32,404 nt of DNA from a virus. Its lineage: Duplodnaviria > Heunggongvirae > Uroviricota > Caudoviricetes. The notes below the pieces were generated by a model. The model saw nothing but the letters and a program-made list of their open reading frames with translations. It was not told the DNA's origin and did no database searches. A program made the position numbers and the translations under genes. Positions 1 through 7,453 of this stretch are shown piece after piece. The stretch is from the IMG/VR virus record IMGVR_UViG_2698536570_000001; one strand, given 5' to 3'. Position 1 is the first letter of the stretch. Every line of letters begins with the position of its first letter.

Positions 1-40
1 GCAGGGCTTTGCAGGGCTTTGCAGGGCTTTGCAGGGCTTC
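1..40. repeat. 10-bp tandem direct repeat, gcagggcttt x3 plus gcagggcttc, at the window edge
   Basis: Read directly from positions 1-40. It lies outside the prophage late operon, in an AT-rich non-coding stretch. Confidence 0.85.
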
Positions 41-183
41 ATTTCAACTTAACTCCTCAGAAACTCGAAGAAAAATGTGTAATTATCTTATCTCTAAACG
101 CATCAAAAAGTCATCATTATTTTATTACTAACTATAGTTATAGAAACGTTAAGTTATTACATATTTATTTGTTTTTTATGCAG

Positions 184-217
184 AAATTAAAAGATGGGAG
201 GGTGTTTGCCCCCTCCG
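184..217 (-). terminator. Candidate Rho-independent terminator closing the prophage late operon
   Basis: On the minus strand, GGAGGG...CCCTCC stem (plus 197-202 pairing with 210-215) followed by a U-rich tract (AUCUUUUAAUUU). It lies just downstream of the last late gene, which ends at 230. Confidence 0.5.
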
Positions 218-229
218 GCACTCTGTGTA

Positions 230-436
230 TTAACTGGCTCTCCCCTCAGTAAGTATAACGTCGTCTTGTTTTAAGGAAGGCTTAATGAATTTTTCACCAT
301 CATATAACCAGCCGATACCGACACCTCCAACACATTTAACTATATCCGCTTTTTCTGGCTTAAACTCTGACTTACCATCCCATACAACAAGATTTGTAAC
401 GACACCATTTTGTACGACTGCATAAATATCGCTCAT
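230..436 (-). CDS. Small protein (68 aa) downstream of the tail fibre; possibly a short tail-fibre assembly/chaperone-like protein
   Basis: ATG at 436-434 overlaps the fibre stop (TAATGA). Sequence MSDIYAVVQNG...GWLYDGEKF has a W-x-DG-type motif reminiscent of Tfa N-termini. Too short for a canonical Tfa (about 175-200 aa). Confidence 0.45.
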   Translation of the reverse strand: MSDIYAVVQNGVVTNLVVWDGKSEFKPEKADIVKCVGGVGIGWLYDGEKFIKPSLKQDDVILTEGRAS

Positions 437-1677
437 TACTGATACTCCCACACAAGAATATATCCCTGATTTCCATTATTTCCTGTCGCTGGGCCTGATG
501 ACGCCTTATTGTATTTACCTGTCCCGCCAATACCGTATGTCCCAAGCATAGTAGTGGTTATACTTTCAACGCCAATCGCCTGATCATCACCAAGTCCAAG
601 TGCCCCACATAAATTTGATCGTGAAACTGAATGGAACAGAATCCCTTGCCCTGTAGGAATTGGTGCTTCTGTTGCACTTCCCCCTGAAAATGGAGGTACC
701 TGCTGAACTTGAGTTGATCCCCTTCCTCCCGGGCATACAAGCAAATCACCAAAGCTTGTATTCCCGCCGTCACCTCCAGAGCCTCCTGGTCCTGTTCCTG
801 CTACACCACCGCTTCCAATAGTTACTTGCACGGATTCAGGTATAGACTGATAAAAAAATGCTTTAGCATATGCCCCGTTGGAACCGGCAGCACTTACACC
901 ACAGTTATTTGAGGCTGTTGCTGATAAATTGCCACTGGCACCACCACCGCCAACGGCTTCCACTATAATTTTCGTTACACCAGGTGATTTGTGATAAGTC
1001 CCAGATGATCCAAATACCTGAACCCCCAAAAGCCTTCCTGTTCCATCACCAAGTGTTAAATATTGTAGAGTTTCCGATACGTTTTTTTTACTTAAAATTT
1101 CCCTACCATTTTGAGTCAGCGCTGTCATATCCATTGTTCCAGCACCTGTAAAAAATGCCAGCCCATCCGGTATTCCTGTTAAGCTCGACAATGATGTCAG
1201 ATTATCATTTTTATCCTGTTTATCATTCAGAATGTCTGTCATTCCAAGGTATGTGAGAATGTCAGCAATAGTACCTTTCCCGATAATATCTCGACCGACA
1301 GAAGTTAAATCAGTCTGCGATGCGGTATCAGTTCCAGTGAAATACGGGAGTTTATTTGCACCGGTTGTGAGCCCTGCCAATGCCGTCAGCGTGGCGTCAA
1401 GCGCCTGGAAATCCTTACCGAACGCGGCGGACATTTTGGCGATAAACCCGTTCAGGTCACCATCATCAAGTACATCCAGACCGCTTTTGTTGGCGGTGTA
1501 CTGCGCCAGCGCTGCAGCTATAAAGCTGGCCTGTCGAATGGCTTTGTTTACCTGAGCACTGGAAGCTTTGCCAGCCGTGAAGCCAGAAAGCAGAGCCGGA
1601 AGCGATTCCCAGTCAGCCTGGGCCGTCACGTTAGCATTTGCCGCTGTCGCGAACGGTTTAAAGTTGTTTGTTGCCAT
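436..1677 (-). CDS. Phage tail fibre protein
   Basis: 414-aa ORF with Gly-rich stretches (GSGGVAGTGPGGSGGDGG) typical of fibre shafts. ATG at 1677-1675 overlaps the upstream gene stop by one nucleotide (TAATG). Sits after the gpJ/gpI-like baseplate genes. Confidence 0.7.
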   Translation of the reverse strand: MATNNFKPFATAANANVTAQADWESLPALLSGFTAGKASSAQVNKAIRQASFIAAALAQYTANKSGLDVLDDGDLNGFIAKMSAAFGKDFQALDATLTALAGLTTGANKLPYFTGTDTASQTDLTSVGRDIIGKGTIADILTYLGMTDILNDKQDKNDNLTSLSSLTGIPDGLAFFTGAGTMDMTALTQNGREILSKKNVSETLQYLTLGDGTGRLLGVQVFGSSGTYHKSPGVTKIIVEAVGGGGASGNLSATASNNCGVSAAGSNGAYAKAFFYQSIPESVQVTIGSGGVAGTGPGGSGGDGGNTSFGDLLVCPGGRGSTQVQQVPPFSGGSATEAPIPTGQGILFHSVSRSNLCGALGLGDDQAIGVESITTTMLGTYGIGGTGKYNKASSGPATGNNGNQGYILVWEYQ

Positions 1678-2357
1678 TAGAGTATTGTCCCCCATGCTCC
1701 AACATCGAACCCACCGATGTATTCGTTATCCATATCAAACCCAAAGAATTTAGAGCCCTCGGATGGTGCTTCTACCGAAGGCGTTTCAACATCACCGACC
1801 CATACGCCGGCGGCTTTAACGGTGAGATAGCCCTGTTTGATAGCGGCAATCAGTTCAAGAGACACATCAGAAATATCAGTCTCGGGGAATACCCAGACCG
1901 ATATCGTCATGTCCTGGTTGTCGACAATTTGCATCCTGAGGCCTGAGCCAGCAGTCGCAGCGTCAAGGATGGGAGGCAGAGAATCGTTCCGGCCGTCCCA
2001 GTTGTTGATAGCGATTTTCGCTTTCAGAATGATGCGGTACGTCTCATCACTCAGCGTCGTATAGCCAGAATCAGGATCATATGGCCCCTGCCAGATGCCC
2101 TGGTCATATCCAAGCCCGTCAGTGTCCCAGCTGAAATAAACTCCGCTAATTGGCTGGCTGACTATGCGACTGCGTCCGATCCACAGACCGAGGATGTCGA
2201 GCTGCACACCGACCGCCGTATCGATATCGAAGGCTGTTACAAGCCCTGACATAGTGCTGGACACATCAATCAGCGGGCGGGTGCTCAGATCTATATGGTC
2301 AAAAAAGAGTGGCTTGGTAGCGTGGTAGTTAGTGATCAGTTCGGTGTATTTGCTCAT
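1677..2357 (-). CDS. Baseplate/tail protein, P2 gpI / Mu gp48-like
   Basis: 226 aa, follows the gpJ-like gene with a 4-nt overlap. Called from the canonical V-W-J-I-fibre order and a recalled family signature. Confidence 0.6.
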   Translation of the reverse strand: MSKYTELITNYHATKPLFFDHIDLSTRPLIDVSSTMSGLVTAFDIDTAVGVQLDILGLWIGRSRIVSQPISGVYFSWDTDGLGYDQGIWQGPYDPDSGYTTLSDETYRIILKAKIAINNWDGRNDSLPPILDAATAGSGLRMQIVDNQDMTISVWVFPETDISDVSLELIAAIKQGYLTVKAAGVWVGDVETPSVEAPSEGSKFFGFDMDNEYIGGFDVGAWGTIL

Positions 2358-3553
2358 GAGGTCACCGTGATACTGATATTCGCGGTGCTACAGGACGCCG
2401 AAGCATCATAGGCAATATCAATGTTTGATGCCGATACGCTGCCTGATGACTTACCGATCAGCAGGTCGGTAATATCGTAATAGCGGGCATTTCCGCCGCT
2501 CACCACGCCAAGGTTTGCCGGGGAATAAATACGGCTCAGCAGCACGTCGTCGCCAATTGTCAGGCCATTAATATAATCGGCAACAGCCTGTTTGATCTGC
2601 TCGCCGATTTGAGAGGTATACCCGGTAAAAACTTTCAGGGTAATGGCTACGAAAATCGGTACGTCGGTCGAGCGCGAAAAGTTAATGACGTGGGGATTAC
2701 CGTAAGTATCTGGCACCGTGACAGAAGTTTTCCCGTAAGTTGCTGTTCCCTGCCCTTTATTGCCCCTGATAGTCTGGGCGATTTCTGTCACATCACCGCC
2801 GTCAACAATCGCAGAAATGGAATGAGGCGGCAGCCCGTTGCTATCTGTCGAGCCAGTGTCATTCTCGTACAGTTTGTGACGTGTCACGCCATTAACATTA
2901 GCAATAGCACCGTCGACACCTTCAAACGGGGTGATTGACGGTAGCGCGACGCTCTGGCCCTGCCGGATGCGAAGCTCCGCGTCTGTCTCGGCCGGAGAAC
3001 CAACCGTAGCCGCTGCTGGGTTGGTGACTGATACCCATCCGCGAGTCGGTGTGTTAATGGTGGTGATAGTCCCGGCCATCGCCGCAACCGAACCGCTATT
3101 CGCACATGTGGCCGTCACCAGCACAGTACCGTCAACGCCGATCGCTACACTCGCGGGAAAATTCCAGATAATGCCGTTTTTATCCCGTGCGGAGCCATTC
3201 GTGATAGTCGTGCCTGCCGTACCGGTTAACAGAAGGTCAGCAGTAGAGTTTGTCGCTACTTTTCGCGTGATCCCGTTAATTTTCACATTGCTGCTAAGCG
3301 CTGCGGCCTGCGCTGTCATCGGTGAAAACGAGTTGTAAATCTCGATAGCGGTGTTGTTAGCGTCATGCACGGCAAGAGCCACCAGCGCGACCATCTGCCC
3401 GTCTTTGCTGTCTGGTTCGAGGTAGGCATCACTACCGTAAATCTGCCTGAAATAGCTGGTCAGTGTATCTAGGATTGTCTGGTAATCAGGCGCACTAATC
3501 CCCTGGGCGGTTACCGTTGCCGATAGCCCCAGCGTGTCGAGGTTCAAAGCCAT
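2354..3553 (-). CDS. Baseplate protein, P2 gpJ / Mu gp47-like
   Basis: 399 aa, positioned between the gpW-like and gpI-like genes; size and position match Baseplate_J family members. Confidence 0.65.
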   Translation of the reverse strand: MALNLDTLGLSATVTAQGISAPDYQTILDTLTSYFRQIYGSDAYLEPDSKDGQMVALVALAVHDANNTAIEIYNSFSPMTAQAAALSSNVKINGITRKVATNSTADLLLTGTAGTTITNGSARDKNGIIWNFPASVAIGVDGTVLVTATCANSGSVAAMAGTITTINTPTRGWVSVTNPAAATVGSPAETDAELRIRQGQSVALPSITPFEGVDGAIANVNGVTRHKLYENDTGSTDSNGLPPHSISAIVDGGDVTEIAQTIRGNKGQGTATYGKTSVTVPDTYGNPHVINFSRSTDVPIFVAITLKVFTGYTSQIGEQIKQAVADYINGLTIGDDVLLSRIYSPANLGVVSGGNARYYDITDLLIGKSSGSVSASNIDIAYDASASCSTANISITVTS

Positions 3554-3907
3554 TTATGCCTCGCTTGTTACAGTCGTCTGGCCGTAGATTGTGTCAATGG
3601 AGGAAGTGAAGGTGACGCGACGGCTGGTGCCGTCATAATTGGTATCGAAGGAAAGAATCGACAGAACGCCCGGTGTGTCCTGTATGCGTTCACGTATAGC
3701 CAGGATGTAGACGTCAGATCGCTGTTTACCAAGCACCGACTGAACATACGGCGTGCCTTCCGTCAGATCGAGAAACCACTGACCGCGCCACAGCTCGAAG
3801 CGGGTTTTTACTGCCTGGGCGACACACTCCGGGCTGTCGATAAGGAAGGTATCGTCACCCTGCCCGAAAGTGTAATCGCCGTCAGCATCTTCGCGACGGT
3901 ATCGCAT
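3554..3907 (-). CDS. Small baseplate protein, gpW/gp25-like
   Basis: 117 aa, immediately downstream of the gpV-like gene and upstream of the gpJ-like gene. Confidence 0.5.
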   Translation of the reverse strand: MRYRREDADGDYTFGQGDDTFLIDSPECVAQAVKTRFELWRGQWFLDLTEGTPYVQSVLGKQRSDVYILAIRERIQDTPGVLSILSFDTNYDGTSRRVTFTSSIDTIYGQTTVTSEA

Positions 3908-4647
3908 TATTGCGGCCCTCCAGTAGTTCCCCCGCCTGTCTGAACTCCGCCATGTTTATGCGTGGCGACACTTATACCTGAAGCTGTCACATCATTCGTT
4001 ACCGTAACCGGCCCAAGCATCGTCGCAGTACCACCACTTTCTCCCATTCCCTGAGACAGGTTACCGTTAATCGTTACGTTGCCGTTCAGCGTGATAGTCG
4101 GGGATGTGATTGTCGTTCCACCTTCAGCCGTAGCCGTAAGCTGGCCCGGCGTTTTAATGGTGATGTTATGTCCTGCGGCGACCTCTACGAACGCCGCGCC
4201 ATCATCGGTTCGCAGCTGCGCGGCGCTAGTACTGATACCGCTGATTTTCTGTGCTTGCGACTGCGGGCCAACGATGGCGAACGCATCAGACAAGTCATGC
4301 TGGCGCGGGTCGACGGTCTCCTGAACGCCGCCGCTCTGCCACCAGAAATCTATGCATCGGTCAGCAAAGATCAGCAGACACTCGTCGCCTTCTTTTACCG
4401 GAAAGGTCAGCGTGCAACCGCCGCCGCGCGGAAAGATAACCGGCACATCCACCAGCGGTTTTAATTCGGTAGAGCCATCGCCAACAATACCGCGAAGCGC
4501 TACCTCTACCGTGCAGGTAACAGTATCAGGATCGAACGACTGAATGATGCCGGGCATCGCTACGCGCATCTGGGTAGACACCGAATCGGCAATGGCCTGC
4601 GCGGTCTGCTGCTCACCGCCGATCTGTGATTGAGTTGGAATTGGCAT
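3907..4647 (-). CDS. Baseplate spike/assembly protein, gpV-like
   Basis: 246 aa with a Gly/Thr-rich C-terminus (TITLNGNVTINGNLSQG...GGGTTGG) typical of spike beta-helices. ATG at 4647-4645. Confidence 0.65.
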   Translation of the reverse strand: MPIPTQSQIGGEQQTAQAIADSVSTQMRVAMPGIIQSFDPDTVTCTVEVALRGIVGDGSTELKPLVDVPVIFPRGGGCTLTFPVKEGDECLLIFADRCIDFWWQSGGVQETVDPRQHDLSDAFAIVGPQSQAQKISGISTSAAQLRTDDGAAFVEVAAGHNITIKTPGQLTATAEGGTTITSPTITLNGNVTINGNLSQGMGESGGTATMLGPVTVTNDVTASGISVATHKHGGVQTGGGTTGGPQ

Positions 4648-4658
4648 AAAAACCCCAT

Positions 4659-4682
4659 AAAAAAAGCCGCTATATGCGGCTT
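4659..4682 (-). terminator. Intrinsic terminator downstream of the moron pair
   Basis: Minus strand reads AAGCCGC-AUAUA-GCGGCUU followed by a U-run (7 consecutive T in total, 2 inside the stem). It lies between the moron stop (4701) and the gpV start (4647). Confidence 0.6.
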
Positions 4683-4700
4683 ATCTAAAACATATATATT

Positions 4701-5087
4701 TCAACCTATCTTATAAAGGTCAACTAATTTTAAAAAACCACCACTACCACAAGCTGTAAACCTAATAAAATAAGGCTCACCAATATTAATCATGCTATTA
4801 ACTATATCGTTATCATTTTTTGATAATTCTTCAAAGCCAGTAGGAATGACAAAAACTTTACTACCAACACCCTGGAATCTTATTAATTTTATAGTGGCTC
4901 CACTGTCAGAATATTGTGTTCCTTTTGCCACTGCCAAACCTTCATGAAGTTCACATCCCTCAAGATTGGCGTCGCTCAGTCCCTTCACTGACTGGCTACC
5001 CGTCAATTGATCATAACTTATCTTAACTTCTGCATTCGAAATGAAAGATGTAAGCACCATCCCTAGCATAAGTAAAATTCGAATCAT
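4701..5087 (-). CDS. Secreted small protein of unknown function (moron, 128 aa)
   Basis: ATG at 5087-5085 with a GAGG Shine-Dalgarno sequence 6 nt upstream. N-terminal hydrophobic signal-peptide-like segment (MIRILLMLGMVLTSFISNA). Visibly AT-rich compared with the surrounding tail genes. Confidence 0.55.
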   Translation of the reverse strand: MIRILLMLGMVLTSFISNAEVKISYDQLTGSQSVKGLSDANLEGCELHEGLAVAKGTQYSDSGATIKLIRFQGVGSKVFVIPTGFEELSKNDNDIVNSMINIGEPYFIRFTACGSGGFLKLVDLYKIG

Positions 5088-5106
5088 TTTTTCCTCGATG
5101 TAGTAA

Positions 5107-5457
5107 TCAGTTAACTTTTATACAGTCGTAAGTAGCATACTGACGTGGAGCGTTCATGTTGGCTTGCAGCCACTGAGCGTTGAGAATGGCTTTGCCGTTA
5201 CGCTTGATGTATTCGAGCCCTATCCACCGGCCAGGCTGGTCAGTAGCCATGCGCCATTCCATCTTAATGTTCTCGTAGTCTTCTTTTTGCTTAAGGAACG
5301 TTACCTTCTGACTTTCAGGATTCGCACCGTTAATCCGTGCCCATCCATCATTTGTCGGGCTCGTGCCCAAGTGGAAAGGCCCACACTGGGAATCAGCATG
5401 AGCCACGCCCGCCAAGGCAAAAGAGCTGCAAGCAATCATCAGGATGAGTTTTTTCAT
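5107..5457 (-). CDS. Secreted small protein of unknown function (moron, 116 aa)
   Basis: ATG at 5457-5455, 3 nt after the gpD-like stop. Signal-peptide-like N-terminus (MKKLILMIACSSFALAGVAHA) and two Cys residues (C25, C112). Confidence 0.55.
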   Translation of the reverse strand: MKKLILMIACSSFALAGVAHADSQCGPFHLGTSPTNDGWARINGANPESQKVTFLKQKEDYENIKMEWRMATDQPGRWIGLEYIKRNGKAILNAQWLQANMNAPRQYATYDCIKVN

Positions 5458-5460
5458 TTT

Positions 5461-6522
5461 TTAAAACGTCCGGTTAAGTGATGCGTTACTCTGCAAATCG
5501 CGGCTGCCACGCGCGAAGCACATCAAATCCATGTACCACGCCTGACCTCTGGTGTCGCCAGTATAGTCGATAGCTTTGACGATATAAACGCCATCCGTCG
5601 CAATGCTGGCTGCCTGTGACGTCGTGCCGGTCAGCACGCGGTTGCCGTTCTCTTCTGTTTCGGTGATACGCCCGGGCGACTGAGCGATTTCGCTATTGCC
5701 GAGCGCCGCGCGGTACACCGAAGCCTGATCGAGCTGGATAAGACCATTAATGCGGATGTTCGGGTTTATCAGGCACCGCACGTTTACGCCGCCGCCCATT
5801 GTCTGTTGCGGCATACCGATCAGGCCAGTATCGGCATTCAGCACGATGGCTTCGTGAATATATTTATCCTCCGGCACCATCTGGACCTGACCATCAACCA
5901 GTTGCCATGTCGCTTTGCACTGCGCAGCAATGTTATCCATCACGTTGCGGCTGGATGAGTAAATCGCGCGGCCACGAGGAAACACGGTATCAGGAAAATC
6001 GCCGGTAATGCCCTGTGTCACGCCGAACGCGTTGAAATCCTGCATCGTCGCCCGGTGCAGATCCGCAACGGTATAGCCAGCGGCAAGCGTGGTGATGGTA
6101 GTCGCGTAGAGGAACGCTTCGTGGTTACTGATGGCCTGAATCAGCACCCAGGAATCGGTGATGTTGTCCTTCCCGGTGACGGTGAAGCGAATATCACCGT
6201 CAAATATCAGGCCGTAGTTCTGACCGTTCACCTGCCCTACCTGGTCTGGTGAAATCTCCCGGGCGACACCAACCTGGCTCGCATCAACATCCGGCGCAAT
6301 ACCGTCATACCCGGCAATGATGCGAATTTTTGCAAACTCCTGCCCCAGTATCTTGTTCGTGGTATCGGTCGAAAGGTTGTAAATTTTCACGTTTGCCACG
6401 CGCGGCCAGCGTGTATCTGCCCACTCAATCTGGAACGTGACCTTAAAATCAGACAGGGAAACGCCCTGCCCGTTCTGGTCCAACAGTTGCAGCTCAAAAT
6501 GGCGCATCCAGTTAAGAGACAT
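5461..6522 (-). CDS. Tail/baseplate protein, P2 gpD / Mu gpP-like
   Basis: 353 aa, third gene downstream of the tape measure. Size and position match the gpD late-control family. Confidence 0.65.
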   Translation of the reverse strand: MSLNWMRHFELQLLDQNGQGVSLSDFKVTFQIEWADTRWPRVANVKIYNLSTDTTNKILGQEFAKIRIIAGYDGIAPDVDASQVGVAREISPDQVGQVNGQNYGLIFDGDIRFTVTGKDNITDSWVLIQAISNHEAFLYATTITTLAAGYTVADLHRATMQDFNAFGVTQGITGDFPDTVFPRGRAIYSSSRNVMDNIAAQCKATWQLVDGQVQMVPEDKYIHEAIVLNADTGLIGMPQQTMGGGVNVRCLINPNIRINGLIQLDQASVYRAALGNSEIAQSPGRITETEENGNRVLTGTTSQAASIATDGVYIVKAIDYTGDTRGQAWYMDLMCFARGSRDLQSNASLNRTF

Positions 6523-6524
6523 TT

Positions 6525-6830
6525 CTACTCCTGCACGAAAATGAGGTGGCTGTATGTGCCGAGGTTGGTTTTGGTGGGCTCGTCCGGTGCGCCTACATCG
6601 CAGCCAACGAGCAGCGCCCCGTTAATACCTAGTTGAGGATATTGCTCAAGAAGATTTACACCGGTTACCAGCGGCACGCCAGAAAGAAGCGGTTCGCCAC
6701 TGCTATCTTGTACATCCAGAATCCAGCCAGCAGAATCACGCCAAATGACTCTCAGCGTGTATGTTGTCTCTGCTAACTGAATGCGAAATAGCTGGTTATC
6801 CGGCGATAAAGGGATTTCAGTTACATTCAT
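6525..6830 (-). CDS. Small phage tail protein
   Basis: 101-aa ORF tightly packed between two tail genes, overlapping the upstream gene by 4 nt. Confidence 0.45.
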   Translation of the reverse strand: MNVTEIPLSPDNQLFRIQLAETTYTLRVIWRDSAGWILDVQDSSGEPLLSGVPLVTGVNLLEQYPQLGINGALLVGCDVGAPDEPTKTNLGTYSHLIFVQE

Positions 6831-7453
6831 TGGATACCTATAGAGTTACCAAGACTGGTTCCTTTTAGTCCATCAAACCACCCTGTTGACTTAATTACCG
6901 ATTCATTTACTGGGGTGGTGGATTTAGTCCCGGAATTCTGCACCGCAGATGTACTAACCCCGTCCTGCATATCGGATTTATCAGCAACGGTGACATTTTT
7001 TGTATGCGTCATGATGACTTCACGCAGGGTAAGCGTGCAGTTCAGCACGTTCTCGCTGGTTTTATCGGTCGTCACCTCAATGGCTCGCACCAGCATATTG
7101 GTGTACACCCTCTTCCCGGTAACCACATCGAACGGTACGCGCTCAAGCTGCATATCCAGCAGCTTTTGGTATGTCTCCTTTGGGCTAAGCCCAGCGCTAA
7201 GACCGATTGAAGATGTATCAATGAAGTCCAGCAACGAACCGCCCCCAGCGAAGCCGCATTCCATTGTGACTTCACTGGGGCGCTTGTACGCATGATCGGC
7301 GATGAAACCCGAGGCACTATTCGTTGTTGGCTTCTCCACCGGGTGCTCAGTAATTTCGAGCGCATCAGAATGCTTTTCGGAGACGACCACGCTGGGAATT
7401 AATATGCCAATTCGCCGGGATTGCTGGCGAAAAATCGCTGATAAAATATCCAT
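6827..7453 (-). CDS. Phage tail protein (gpU-like or DNA-circulation-like)
   Basis: 208 aa, starts at the tape-measure stop. Called from synteny only. Confidence 0.45.
   Translation of the reverse strand: MDILSAIFRQQSRRIGILIPSVVVSEKHSDALEITEHPVEKPTTNSASGFIADHAYKRPSEVTMECGFAGGGSLLDFIDTSSIGLSAGLSPKETYQKLLDMQLERVPFDVVTGKRVYTNMLVRAIEVTTDKTSENVLNCTLTLREVIMTHTKNVTVADKSDMQDGVSTSAVQNSGTKSTTPVNESVIKSTGWFDGLKGTSLGNSIGIQ

Noticed and set aside
19-252. 77-aa plus-strand ORF in the AT-rich region at the left edge
   Set aside because: Overlaps the late-operon terminator and the 3' end of the small minus-strand gene. Low-complexity AT-rich translation with no start context; likely non-coding.
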